DNA of 64,000 nucleotides from Planctomycetota bacterium (GTDB lineage Bacteria; Planctomycetota; PLA2; JAEUHO01): NCBI GenBank assembly GCA_965222115.1, contig CBDCTJ010000007.1, positions 768,001 to 832,000 of the forward strand, read 5' to 3'. Shown piece by piece: positions 29,013 to 38,775 of this stretch (position 1 is its first letter; each line of letters starts with the position of its first letter). The notes under the pieces were generated by a model. It saw only the letters and a program-made list of their open reading frames with translations, ran no database searches and was not told where the DNA came from. The position numbers and the translations under genes were made by a program.

Positions 29013-30530
29013 CTATCCAACGCTTCCTTCAAGACTCACGCCCAGAAGTTTTTGCGCCTCAACGGCAAACTCCATGGGCAGCTCACGAAACACTTCTTTG
29101 CAAAATCCATTGACGATCATGTTGACGGCGTCCTCGGTAGAAAGGCCGCGTTGACGAAGATAGAAGATCTGATCTTCGCCAATTTTGCTGGTGGACGCCT
29201 CGTGCTCGAGTTGCGCCGTGCTGTTGCGCACATCGATATAGGGAAACGTGTGGGCGCCGCAACGATCGCCAATCAGCAGCGAGTCGCACTGCGAGTAGTT
29301 GCGTGCGTTTTTCGCGCCTTTGAGCATCGAGACCTGACCGCGATACGTGTTTTGACTCACGCCCGCGCTGATGCCCTTGGAGATAATCGTGCTCTTGGTG
29401 TTCTTGCCGATGTGCAACATCTTGGTGCCGGTATCGGCCTGTTGATGGTTGTTGGTGAGTGCGACGGAATAGAACTCACCCACAGAGTCATCGCCTTGAA
29501 GCAAGCAACTCGGGTACTTCCAGGTGATGGCTGAACCGGTTTCCACTTGTGTCCACGAAATCTTGGAACGCGCGCCACGGCATGCGCCGCGTTTGGTGAC
29601 GAAGTTGAAAATGCCGCCTTTGCCGTCTTTATCTCCGGGGTACCAGTTTTGAACCGTGGAGTACTTAATCGTGGCGTCTTCTAACGCGATGAGTTCCACC
29701 ACGGCTGCGTGTAGCTGATTCTCGTCGCGCTTGGGTGCCGTGCAGCCTTCGAGGTAGCTCACGCGACTGCCTTCGTCGGCAATGATCAACGTGCGCTCAA
29801 ACTGACCGGTCTCCGCTGCGTTGATGCGGAAGTAGGTCGAAAGATCCATCGGACAGTCCACGCCCTTGGGAATGTACACAAACGAACCATCAGAAAACAC
29901 AGCCGCGTTGAGGGCCGCGAAGTAGTTGTCTGACGGCGGCACCACAGAACCGAGGTACTTCTCAATCAGATCCGGTCGTTCATGCACCGCTTCGCTGAAC
30001 GAACAAAAGATGACACCCAGTTCTGCGAGCTTGGCCTTATACGTCGTAGCCACCGACACGCTGTCGAACACGGCGTCAATCGCGACACCCTTTGTGACGC
30101 CCGCGAGTACTTCTTGTTCTTTGAGCGGAATGCCGAGCTTTTCATACGTGGCGAGCAACTCTGGATCGACCTCATCGAGGCTCTTGGGGCCGTCATCATC
30201 GGATTTCGGCGCGGCGTAGTAGCGGATCGCTTGGTAGTCGATGGGCGGGTAGCTCACCTTCGGCCATGTAGGCTCAACCATCGTCTGCCATTGGCGAAAC
30301 GCCTTGAGGCGCCATTCAAGCAGGAACGCGGGTTCCTTCTTTTTCGCCGAGATAAAGCGCACGACGTCTTCATTGAGTCCGGCGTCGATAACCTCGGACT
30401 CAATGTCGGTTACGAAGCCCCACTCGTACTCCTTATTGGCCGCGTCGTGGATGGCCTGGTTCTTACCCGGCGCTTCTTTCCGATCATCTGTCTTGGCTAC
30501 GTTCTCAGTCATTTGATTTGCCCTCGACAC
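29013..30530 (-). CDS. sufB: Fe-S cluster assembly protein SufB
   Basis: [36 protein letters not shown]; start may be a few codons later. Confidence 0.97.
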   Translation of the reverse strand: MSRANQMTENVAKTDDRKEAPGKNQAIHDAANKEYEWGFVTDIESEVIDAGLNEDVVRFISAKKKEPAFLLEWRLKAFRQWQTMVEPTWPKVSYPPIDYQAIRYYAAPKSDDDGPKSLDEVDPELLATYEKLGIPLKEQEVLAGVTKGVAIDAVFDSVSVATTYKAKLAELGVIFCSFSEAVHERPDLIEKYLGSVVPPSDNYFAALNAAVFSDGSFVYIPKGVDCPMDLSTYFRINAAETGQFERTLIIADEGSRVSYLEGCTAPKRDENQLHAAVVELIALEDATIKYSTVQNWYPGDKDGKGGIFNFVTKRGACRGARSKISWTQVETGSAITWKYPSCLLQGDDSVGEFYSVALTNNHQQADTGTKMLHIGKNTKSTIISKGISAGVSQNTYRGQVSMLKGAKNARNYSQCDSLLIGDRCGAHTFPYIDVRNSTAQLEHEASTSKIGEDQIFYLRQRGLSTEDAVNMIVNGFCKEVFRELPMEFAVEAQKLLGVSLEGSVG

Positions 30531-31098
30531 GGTTGTTGATGATGTGCGCTGTTGACGTTGATGATGTTGAAGACGATGCCGTTAACGACGGTGCCAGACA
30601 GGCGCACGCGGGCTGACATGGCTTGGGTTCTGGCGCGTGGTTGGCGCCCAGCGACTCGCTGACACGCTTGTGCCATCCACGTCGTGGCGTGGCCATGTCG
30701 TCGAGCGTGATGCCCTCAAGCGCACGCTGGATGACTGCGTTGATGCGCTGCCAATTGGCGCGCGTCGAACAAATCGATTCCATGTCGCACAAGTCGGCGT
30801 CGGGATCCAAGCATTCGGTTAATGCAACCGGTCCCTCAACCGCCGAAATGATGTCGAGTACAGAGATCTGTTCGGCATGGCGCGCAAGCGAGTAGCCGCC
30901 ATTGACACCGCGACGAGACGACAGAAGTCCTGCATGCATCATGGCGTGCGTGATCTTGCTCACTGTGGCGGGAGGCAATCCAATCGAGTCGGCAATCTGT
31001 CGCGTGCTAAATGCAGTTGACTCGCCAGACGTCGCCCGGTGCGCCAACCAGGTCATGGTCAGAATCGCGTAGTCGGCCATTTTGGTGACGCGGATCAT
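30505..31098 (-). CDS. Rrf2-family SUF system regulator
   Basis: [29 protein letters not shown]; heads the suf operon. Confidence 0.9.
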   Translation of the reverse strand: MIRVTKMADYAILTMTWLAHRATSGESTAFSTRQIADSIGLPPATVSKITHAMMHAGLLSSRRGVNGGYSLARHAEQISVLDIISAVEGPVALTECLDPDADLCDMESICSTRANWQRINAVIQRALEGITLDDMATPRRGWHKRVSESLGANHAPEPKPCQPACACLAPSLTASSSTSSTSTAHIINNRVEGKSND

Positions 31099-31119
31099 GG
31101 GGAAGGGGGGTCTCGAGAA

Positions 31120-31144
31120 AATGTTTACCGAAATGGTATTGATT
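31120..31144. promoter_or_regulatory. Candidate Rrf2 autoregulatory operator
   Basis: AAT-N3-TACC-N5-GGTA-N3-ATT dyad about 20-45 bp upstream of the Rrf2 start. Confidence 0.35.
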
Positions 31145-31304
31145 ACAGCCTACGAGATGATCGAGGGAGGCAAGGCCGCGTCAACTCGTCCCAGATGCGA
31201 ATTCAATGGGCCATCCTAACCATCTGATGATGTTGAGAAGCAATTGCATAGACTTCATTTTGTATGTAATTTATTCGTATAAATTAGCAAATATTGACAA
31301 AAAT

Positions 31305-31313
31305 GTGTACACT
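31305..31313 (+). promoter_or_regulatory. Candidate -10 box (TACACT) overlapped by GTGTACAC palindrome
   Basis: TACACT at 31308-31313, 6 nt before ATG 31320, no RBS, AT-rich upstream region; suggests a leaderless transcript. Confidence 0.4.
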
Positions 31314-31319
31314 CGACGG

Positions 31320-31802
31320 ATGCCATCTCCTTCAACACGGACCATGAACATTTCGCTCCCGCCCTCGTTACACGACGCCGTTCGGGAGCGCGTGGGATCC
31401 GGAGCCTATGTTTCTGCTAGCGAAGTTGTTCGCGAGGCGCTGCGACTTCTTCAAGCCGTATTGGATTTGCAATTTGGCAGGCGTACGTTTGATGAATGCC
31501 CCGAGTTCTCAAGGGCTGAGTGGAAGGAGCTACGCGCGGCCCTTTTGCGAGGAGAGGCGATGCTTCAGCACGAGCGTGTTCGAGCATTGGATGGACTCTT
31601 TCTATCGGGTCTTCGATTGATGCGTGAGCGATTCAAGCGCGAGATGTGCGGAGCGACTGAGGCTGAGATCGACGCGGCTGTTTCTCAGTGGCTTCGAGAT
31701 CGTGCCGGAGATGACCGCGAGGGTTCGCATGAAGCGTCCGGGCACACGTGGTTCCGTCCGGTTTCTAAGAAGCGATTCGAGCGGATCGTGCGCGGTGCGT
31801 GA
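31320..31802 (+). CDS. Antitoxin: ParD-like RHH domain fused to a MenA1 (Rv0078B)-like domain
   Basis: MNISLP...V.SGAY.SASEVVREALRLL (ParD/CC2985-like) plus LF.SGLRLMRERFKRE..GATEAEIDAAVSQWLRDR.G (MenA1-like). Confidence 0.75.
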   Translation: MPSPSTRTMNISLPPSLHDAVRERVGSGAYVSASEVVREALRLLQAVLDLQFGRRTFDECPEFSRAEWKELRAALLRGEAMLQHERVRALDGLFLSGLRLMRERFKREMCGATEAEIDAAVSQWLRDRAGDDREGSHEASGHTWFRPVSKKRFERIVRGA

Positions 31803-32406
31803 TGCCCACACGCACACACTCGCGCACCTAAAGTCCCACTTTGAAGCACTTCGCATCAGATTCGCGGTGGTTGGCGGCTTTGCCGTAGGTGTGCGTGTTC
31901 GGCCACGAATGACGAAAGACGTGGACCTTGCCGTGGCGGTGTCTGGAGACGAGGAGGCTGAGGCGTTAGTTTACCGCCTCTCGTCTTCCGGCAATTTTCG
32001 TGTGTTTTCGGAGGATGTCATAGAGCACACGGCCACGGGTAGGCTGTCTACCGTTCGCCTTCGTTCCGCGCCTGCAGGTTCTGGCAGACCCGAGGCCGAC
32101 TTGCTCTTTGCGAGTAGCGGTATCGAGCCCGAGATTGTTGAGGCAGCCACTGACGAGCAAGTAAGCAACGATCTTTCATTGCGCGTCGCATGCATTGGGC
32201 ACCTCATCGCCTTGAAAGTGTTGTCCGAGCATCCCCATCGACCTCAGGATCGAATCGATCTTCACGCGTTGATGCGCATTGCAACGAAACAAGACATGTC
32301 ATTGGCACGAAACGCTCTACACCTCATAACGAGTCGTGGGTTTCATCGTTCGCTAGATCTAATCCGTCGTTTGAATGGATTCCTCGGAGAAGTTGATCAG
32401 TCGTAA
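31795..32406 (+). CDS. MenT1 (Rv0078A)-like nucleotidyltransferase toxin
   Basis: VVGGFAV, PRMTKDVD, DLLFASSGIEPEI, HLIALK, RPQDRIDL, ITSRGFHR; GTG start overlaps the antitoxin stop. Confidence 0.88.
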   Translation: MRDAHTHTLAHLKSHFEALRIRFAVVGGFAVGVRVRPRMTKDVDLAVAVSGDEEAEALVYRLSSSGNFRVFSEDVIEHTATGRLSTVRLRSAPAGSGRPEADLLFASSGIEPEIVEAATDEQVSNDLSLRVACIGHLIALKVLSEHPHRPQDRIDLHALMRIATKQDMSLARNALHLITSRGFHRSLDLIRRLNGFLGEVDQS

Positions 32407-32978
32407 GTAACCCCCTTGTGCTTGATCCACCCGCCGTCGTGACGTCCGCCCGGGTCGTGGTGCGTCCAGTGAATGGTGCCGCCTTTTTCGTAGTATTCGT
32501 ACTCGCCGCGAAATTCGATGGTATCGCCTTCACGTGCGGGGATCTTCTTGGCGATGTCGTAGTTGTGAACGATGCGAATAGTCAGGCCTGACTTGAGTTG
32601 TACGAGCATCTTCTGATGCCGACCGCCATCGGGATTGCGATCGTCGGGGAGCATCTTGACGATGCGACCGCTGGCCTGGAGCCAGATGCCGGAGCGCTTC
32701 TGGGCGTAGGCCTTGTCCACCACGCGCTCACCGGTTTGAATTCGGTTCCTGCGCCGTGGCTTCTTGCGTTTGCCCGGCGGCGTGCCGCGCCAGCCCGGTT
32801 CGCGACCGCGTTCGGCCGTAGCTGCTCCGCCGCGTCCGTCCTTGGCCGAGCCCTTACGCTCTTTGAAATAGTCAACGGCATAGACCACGCCGGCGATAAC
32901 GACGATGCCGATTCCTTTGGCGATCGGTCCCATCTGTTTGCGGCGCTTGCTCGATGAATGCGATGATCGCGTGGTCAT
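32397..32978 (-). CDS. DUF3465-family protein
   Basis: LPDD...GRHQK, IVHNYDIA, FRGEYEY..KGGTIHWTHHDP.GRH..GWI. Confidence 0.88.
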   Translation of the reverse strand: MTTRSSHSSSKRRKQMGPIAKGIGIVVIAGVVYAVDYFKERKGSAKDGRGGAATAERGREPGWRGTPPGKRKKPRRRNRIQTGERVVDKAYAQKRSGIWLQASGRIVKMLPDDRNPDGGRHQKMLVQLKSGLTIRIVHNYDIAKKIPAREGDTIEFRGEYEYYEKGGTIHWTHHDPGGRHDGGWIKHKGVTYD

Positions 32979-33053
32979 GGTTGCTCCGATGTGGGCGCTG
33001 GATTGTGCCGGACCTGCAAGCGAGCAACAACCGATGACACGCGGAGAATCGAC

Positions 33054-33797
33054 ATGGGTCGTCCGAAGTATCGCCAGACCTCGCTGCACGGCATTTTTGT
33101 CGTGGATAAGCCCTTGGGCTGGACATCCATGGATGTGGTGCGGCGTGTGCGCGATGCCGCCGGATTCGCCAAGACCGGCCATGCGGGCACGCTCGACCCG
33201 CTAGCCACTGGCGTCATTGTTTGTTGCATTGGCAAGGCCACGCGTTTTGTTGAGCCGATCATGAAAGGCACAAAGATCTACGAGGCGTCTGTCGATCTGA
33301 CGGCGTTCACCAATACCGACGACCGCGAAGGCGAACGCGAAGAAGTCACCGTGGATACGCTACCGACCGAAGATCAGGTCACCACCGCGCTCAAGTCATT
33401 TGTAGGTGAAATCGAACAACGCCCCCCCGCATTTAGTGCAGTTCACATCGACGGCAAACGCGCCTACAAGCGCGCGCGTCAGGGCGAAGTTGTAGACATT
33501 CCTGCCCGTACAGTCGTCGTCCACGCCATCTCACTCACCGACTACGTGTGGCCCATCGTCAAAATCAACGTGACGTGCGGCAAGGGCGTTTACGTACGCA
33601 GTTTGGCCCGCGATCTCGGTCGCGCACTAAACACCGGCGGCCACCTCGCCGCCCTCCGCCGCACCGCCGTTGGCGAATACACCCTCGACGACGCCCACAC
33701 CGCCGAACGTCTTATGTCTCCTATCTCTCACGGTGACGTCCTCCCAATCCCTATCCCCGGCGAAACCCGTTCTTCATTCGACGAGGGTTTGGTCTAG
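33054..33797 (+). CDS. truB: tRNA pseudouridine(55) synthase
   Basis: VDKPLGWTS, GHAGTLDPLATG, QRPPAFSAV, CGKGVYVRSLARDLG. Confidence 0.96.
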   Translation: MGRPKYRQTSLHGIFVVDKPLGWTSMDVVRRVRDAAGFAKTGHAGTLDPLATGVIVCCIGKATRFVEPIMKGTKIYEASVDLTAFTNTDDREGEREEVTVDTLPTEDQVTTALKSFVGEIEQRPPAFSAVHIDGKRAYKRARQGEVVDIPARTVVVHAISLTDYVWPIVKINVTCGKGVYVRSLARDLGRALNTGGHLAALRRTAVGEYTLDDAHTAERLMSPISHGDVLPIPIPGETRSSFDEGLV

Positions 33798-34162
33798 CTC
33801 CTCAACGACACAACGCGCAAGACGGGCACTCCAACCCATCCTGAAACTCCAACTCCCTATTCCGCATAGCTGTCAATTGCTCCGCTTTACAGTTCCAACC
33901 ACTTCCAACGCTCCCCCGTGTTCGCCAAATCCAACAAACGCTTGCACCTCCTGCAGCCGCGGCAGGTCCATCTAGTCCAGGCCCCCTGGCGCATTCCGCT
34001 GCCGAAGTCAGTAACTACTCCGTCGCAATCGGATCGTTGGGGCGACGGTAATGTGCGTTCGTGGAGGCCGCCGCGTAGCCACGCTACGCAAGAACGACAC
34101 GGGCGTGCAGGACCGAGCATCCAACGGTCAGCACCCAATTCGGGCCCCTTGGCGTTCATTTC

Positions 34163-34254
<92 letters not shown>

Positions 34255-34401
34255 GTGAGATGAAGATGAAGCCGGCGTAGGCCCATCGTTGCGGTCAAGG
34301 CGCGAGGGTATACCACCCCGAACGCCAAGGGAAATGACGCGCAGGCCCTTTCGTCTGCACGCGCCCGCGCCAACCGGGGCGCGCGTGCATAGGATCTCGA
34401 C

Positions 34402-35724
34402 ATGGCAGCAAAGAAACGCGCTCGTTCCCGACGCCCATCCTCCCGAACCCAGGATCAGGAACCGACGGCGGAGGCGCTGGCCGATAACGGATTTGCGCGC
34501 TTCGACCTCGCGCCCGGGTTGTTGAAGGGCATTGCCGCCGCGGGCTATATCAAACCCACGCCCATTCAAGAGCAGCTGATTCCACTGGCGCTCGACGAAC
34601 AAAACGTCGTCGGTTGGTCGCAGACGGGCACGGGCAAAACCGCCGCGTTCCTGATTCCCATGCTTGCGCTGCTCGAAGAGACGGAACACCCCGAATCGGT
34701 GCGTGGCCCCTCCGGCCCGCCGCGCATTTTGGTGGTGGTGCCCACACGCGAACTTGCGATACAGGTCACAAAGGAATGCGACAAGTTAACGCGCTTCTTG
34801 CCGGTGCGCTCCGCGTGCTGCTACGGCGGTATGCCCATCGATCGCCAGCTTCGCGACCTCAAGACGTCGGCTGTTGTGATTGGTACGCCCGGTCGCCTGC
34901 TCGACTTAATGGGGCGCCGCGCGATGGACCTGGATGACCTCGATGTGCTGGTGCTCGACGAAGTCGATCGAATGTATGACCTCGGCTTTCGCGATGACGT
35001 GGATCGCATCTTGCGCTACGCCAAGTCACGCGAACAGACATTGCTCACCTCGGCCACCATGAACGACGACGTTGAGGCGCTGCTTGCCAAGCACGTAGGC
35101 AAGCATGCGCGTGTTGCCATTGAAACTAAGACGGCCACCGTCGATCAGGTCGATCAGACGTTTTACTATGTCGATCCACGCCGCAAGCAGGAACTCATTC
35201 TTGCCGTGATCGCCGACCTCAAGCCCGAACGCGGCATTGTGTTTGTGCGCACGCGCTTCAATGTGGATCGGCTCACCTATCGGCTTCAGGATCAAGGCGT
35301 GGACGCCGAGCTCATCCACAGCGGCTTGCCCCAGCGAAAGCGCGAGAAAATTCTTATGGCGTTTCGCCAAGGGAAGTTTCCACTCTTGATTGCAACGGAT
35401 GTGGCGTCGCGCGGCTTGCACATCGACGACGTGACGCATGTGATCAACTTCGATCTTCCGCAAACGCCCGAAGACTACGTCCATCGCGTAGGGCGCACCG
35501 CGCGCATGGGTCGCTCCGGTGCCGCCGTGAGTTTCGTAACGGCCGACGACGGTCCCATCCTCACTGCCATCGAAAAGCTCATCAATAAGCAGATCCGCCA
35601 AGAGACCTTCCCGGGCTTTGATCTGCCACCCGCAAAGGTGAAGAAGAAAGACGAAACACCCACGCCCCCCGAACGCACCCCCGGTATCCCCCGTTGGGCA
35701 ACGCCCAAGCGGCGGCGGCGCTAG
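34402..35724 (+). CDS. DEAD-box RNA helicase
   Basis: Q-motif PTPIQ, QTGTGKT, PTRELA, TPGR, DEVD, SAT, HRVGRTAR. Confidence 0.95.
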   Translation: MAAKKRARSRRPSSRTQDQEPTAEALADNGFARFDLAPGLLKGIAAAGYIKPTPIQEQLIPLALDEQNVVGWSQTGTGKTAAFLIPMLALLEETEHPESVRGPSGPPRILVVVPTRELAIQVTKECDKLTRFLPVRSACCYGGMPIDRQLRDLKTSAVVIGTPGRLLDLMGRRAMDLDDLDVLVLDEVDRMYDLGFRDDVDRILRYAKSREQTLLTSATMNDDVEALLAKHVGKHARVAIETKTATVDQVDQTFYYVDPRRKQELILAVIADLKPERGIVFVRTRFNVDRLTYRLQDQGVDAELIHSGLPQRKREKILMAFRQGKFPLLIATDVASRGLHIDDVTHVINFDLPQTPEDYVHRVGRTARMGRSGAAVSFVTADDGPILTAIEKLINKQIRQETFPGFDLPPAKVKKKDETPTPPERTPGIPRWATPKRRRR

Positions 35725-35803
35725 TTCGTTCATCGCACGAGTGGCGCGCGCGAATGTAACCTCGCCGCGCGGGACGCAGTAACGATCGACACGAAGGAGT
35801 AGG

Positions 35804-36373
35804 TTGCGAAACATGTCAACCGAAAACAAACTACCGATTGTCGGCGTCATGGGTTCTGGCGAAGATCCACATACGCGTTTGTCAGATCCGCTCGGCGTCA
35901 TGCTTGCCACGATGGGCGTTCATCTGCTTACCGGTGGCGGTGGCGGGGTGATGGAGGCGGTGAGTCGCGCGTTTGCGGGTGTAACGGATCGCAGAGGACT
36001 GGTGATTGGCATAGTGCCCAGCGACGAGGCAATGAGCGCGAATGCAAAGCAGGGCTATCCGAACCCGTATGTCGAACTTGCGGTTCGTACACACTTGCTC
36101 CTCAGTGGCAAGCGCGGCCACGAACTTGGCTCGCGAAATCACATCAATGTGCTCACGTCGGATGTCATCGTCGCGCTTCCCGGTGGGCCAGGGACGCGTA
36201 GCGAGATTGAGCTTGCCCTTGGGTACGGGAAACCTGCGATTGGATTTGGGCGCAAGCCGGACGCAGCGCTGCGACTTGACGTCGCGGGCTCGCTAGACGA
36301 AGTCAAGTTGTTCGTTTCGAACCACATCAAGAAACTCGCTGGCAAGGGACAGTCAGGGCCCGGCACCGATTGA
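35804..36373 (+). CDS. LOG-family / molybdenum-cofactor-carrier-like protein
   Basis: VGVMGS, LTGGGGGVMEAV, SRNHINVL, LPGGPGTRSE. Confidence 0.85.
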   Translation: MRNMSTENKLPIVGVMGSGEDPHTRLSDPLGVMLATMGVHLLTGGGGGVMEAVSRAFAGVTDRRGLVIGIVPSDEAMSANAKQGYPNPYVELAVRTHLLLSGKRGHELGSRNHINVLTSDVIVALPGGPGTRSEIELALGYGKPAIGFGRKPDAALRLDVAGSLDEVKLFVSNHIKKLAGKGQSGPGTD

Positions 36374-36664
36374 TCGCGCATCTCTCTACATTCCCTTGCG
36401 CCGCCGCCGTTGATTGCGCGTATGCTGTGCGCGTTCGAGCTCGACTCGCCCGGTGGGCGGGGGCACGGCTTGGGACGAGGGCAATCGCGCCATCCTCGCG
36501 CGTGCGACCATCAACCCCCATGCGTGCGTGAACGCGAACACGTCAAACGTTTTTGAACCTTGCTAATGACGCATCGGTTGGCGGTCTTCGCCAAACCGAC
36601 GCAACAACGACTCGTCCCGTTCGTGGGGCACACGTTGCTGTGTTCGCGTCACTGGAGTGAACCC

Positions 36665-38749
36665 ATGCCTTGGAAATCCGAAATCGATCGTCTGGTCGTA
36701 CGCGCATTGCTCGATGCCAGCCGCGGCGGTGCCAATGAACAGGCGCGCGCCCTGCGCATCCTCGACGACTTGATTGCGCTTTCACCCGAGCGCGAAGAAT
36801 CCCACTTTCACGTCGGATCAGCTACTGAACTCTTGGCCGAAGAACATCACGAGGGATTGCCTGAGTCCGATGGGCGCGGTGAACGGTGGCGTCACTTGGG
36901 GCAACTCGATGCGGCCGCCCGCAAGGGCCGTCGCGATCGTGTGCGCGAGTTGATGGACGACGAGGCGTTTGACGCGTGCCTCGATCATCCCGAGGGTCGG
37001 ACCGCGCTTCGCGCCGTGGGTCGTATGTTGTTGCGTGACGGCGAAGACGATCGCATCTTTGGCTATTACACGCGCCACCTTGCGGCCGTCGATGACGAAG
37101 GCAGTCGCCGCGACGCCGAGTTCTTGCTCGAAGAAGCACTGCGTCGGGCCGATCGCTACGAGCGCGGCGCGCGCGACGAAAACGAATCGCTGGCGCGTTT
37201 GGATCGCGTCATGCAGTTTGCCGAGCAGGCGGGCCTTGAGCCACGTGCTGGAGCCAAAGTCGATCGCAAGATGGGCCGCGTGCATCAACTTGGCGAGCGT
37301 TGGGACGAGGCCGTGGCCTGTTACCAGCGAGCGCTCGAACGTCTTCCCGCCGATGATGCCTACCGCAGCGTATTGGTGGGCGACCTTGCGCTGGCCACCT
37401 TGGGTGTGCGCGGCACGCTCGATCTCCTGCCGGATGCCGAGCGCGAAACGCGCGACGACGCCATTGAAATCCTTTCAAGTCAAGGCGAGGAAAGCGAAGG
37501 CCGTAGCTACAACGCCATCTACACGTTGGGTGTGCTGCACTACGAGTCGGGCAACTTCACCGGTGCCGCGGAATGCTTCGCAGAGGCCGACGCCTTGATG
37601 CGTGCCAATCGTGCCAAGGCGCGCATTGTTCACGCGCGATCGCGTTTTTTTCTGGGCCACTGCATGATCGAAAACGGCGCCGATGGCGAGGACTTCGATC
37701 AAGCCCAGCGCTACGTGCAACGCGATGCCGGTCCGTCCAACTTGCCGCACGAGCTCAAGGACGTGGTCTTTGATGCGCTACTGGAAGTCAATCCCGATGC
37801 GCGTGTTCCCGGTCGTGGTCGTGGGGGACGTGGACGCGAACGCTTGGCGCCCGCCGCGGGTGCACTACGTGAAGCGGAACGCGTGCTTCGCCGCGATGCC
37901 CACCGCGCGTTGAAGTTTGTGGACAAAGCGTTCAAGAGTAAGCCCGACTTCGACACGTGGTTTGGTGCGTATCGCGTGCGCCTTGAGGCGTTGATTGCTT
38001 TGGAAGAGCGCGACGAAGCCACGGCCACCTACGAGCGCTTCCGCGGCAAGCTCTATAAGGGCGATGCCATGGATTACCTTGAGTCGCTCTTGCTGGATGA
38101 AAAGAGCCCCACGGGCGAACTCTTGACTGAGTTGCAGTATCTCGAAGAGTTGGCGGATCTCTACGAAGTCATGCCGGGTCGCGACGAGCAGTTTGTGGCC
38201 ACGTGCATTGACTGCGCGCGCGCCTACTTGGAGGCGGGCGAGGCCGATGGACTTGTTCGCGCGCAACACATGCTGCGCGAAGCGGCATTGCGCGATGAAG
38301 AGGCCGTGGCCGAAGTCCTTGCCGAAGTGACTGCCGCGGCCAAGAAGAAGAAGGTCCTACTCGACGACGCGCCTGATGAAGACGCATGCAAAGAACAACT
38401 CGGTGCCTACGAAGAGCCGTTGCAGGTCTTGGTGGTGGGGGGCGACGATGGTCGTCGTCCGCACCTTGATTCGTTGCACGATGTGGCCGGGCGCATGGGC
38501 TTTGAGGGTTCATGGGTCTTTACGGGTGCCGCCACCCCCGATGCTGCGCTCGACGAGATTGAAGAACGCGCTGAGAACGCGAGCTTGATCCTGTTGCATC
38601 ACCGCACCGATGCGAGTGTGCGCGACGAAGTCTTGGCCATGGCTGAGGAAATGGAACTCCCCGTTTCCGAAAGTCCCTGGTTGGGTGCCAACGGCTTGCA
38701 GTCACAGGTTGTGCACGCCCTCAATGACAAAGTGCTCACTGAAGAGTAG
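36665..38749 (+). CDS. Acidic TPR-repeat protein with a C-terminal small alpha/beta domain
   Basis: TPR-like helices (MGRVH...WDEAVACYQRAL; LGVLHY..GNF..AAECF); C-terminal VLVVGG segment. Confidence 0.75.
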   Translation: MPWKSEIDRLVVRALLDASRGGANEQARALRILDDLIALSPEREESHFHVGSATELLAEEHHEGLPESDGRGERWRHLGQLDAAARKGRRDRVRELMDDEAFDACLDHPEGRTALRAVGRMLLRDGEDDRIFGYYTRHLAAVDDEGSRRDAEFLLEEALRRADRYERGARDENESLARLDRVMQFAEQAGLEPRAGAKVDRKMGRVHQLGERWDEAVACYQRALERLPADDAYRSVLVGDLALATLGVRGTLDLLPDAERETRDDAIEILSSQGEESEGRSYNAIYTLGVLHYESGNFTGAAECFAEADALMRANRAKARIVHARSRFFLGHCMIENGADGEDFDQAQRYVQRDAGPSNLPHELKDVVFDALLEVNPDARVPGRGRGGRGRERLAPAAGALREAERVLRRDAHRALKFVDKAFKSKPDFDTWFGAYRVRLEALIALEERDEATATYERFRGKLYKGDAMDYLESLLLDEKSPTGELLTELQYLEELADLYEVMPGRDEQFVATCIDCARAYLEAGEADGLVRAQHMLREAALRDEEAVAEVLAEVTAAAKKKKVLLDDAPDEDACKEQLGAYEEPLQVLVVGGDDGRRPHLDSLHDVAGRMGFEGSWVFTGAATPDAALDEIEERAENASLILLHHRTDASVRDEVLAMAEEMELPVSESPWLGANGLQSQVVHALNDKVLTEE

Positions 38750-38775
38750 TAGCCATCCGTCTGAACGGAGATGCC

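Noticed and set aside
31294-31299. Perfect TTGACA as -35 of the TA promoter
   Set aside because: Only 8 bp from TACACT; the spacing is incompatible
31206-31794. Extended N-termini from the ORF track (31206 and 31624 starts)
   Set aside because: Recognisable domains begin at ATG 31320 and GTG 31795; the extensions cover promoter DNA or overlap the antitoxin
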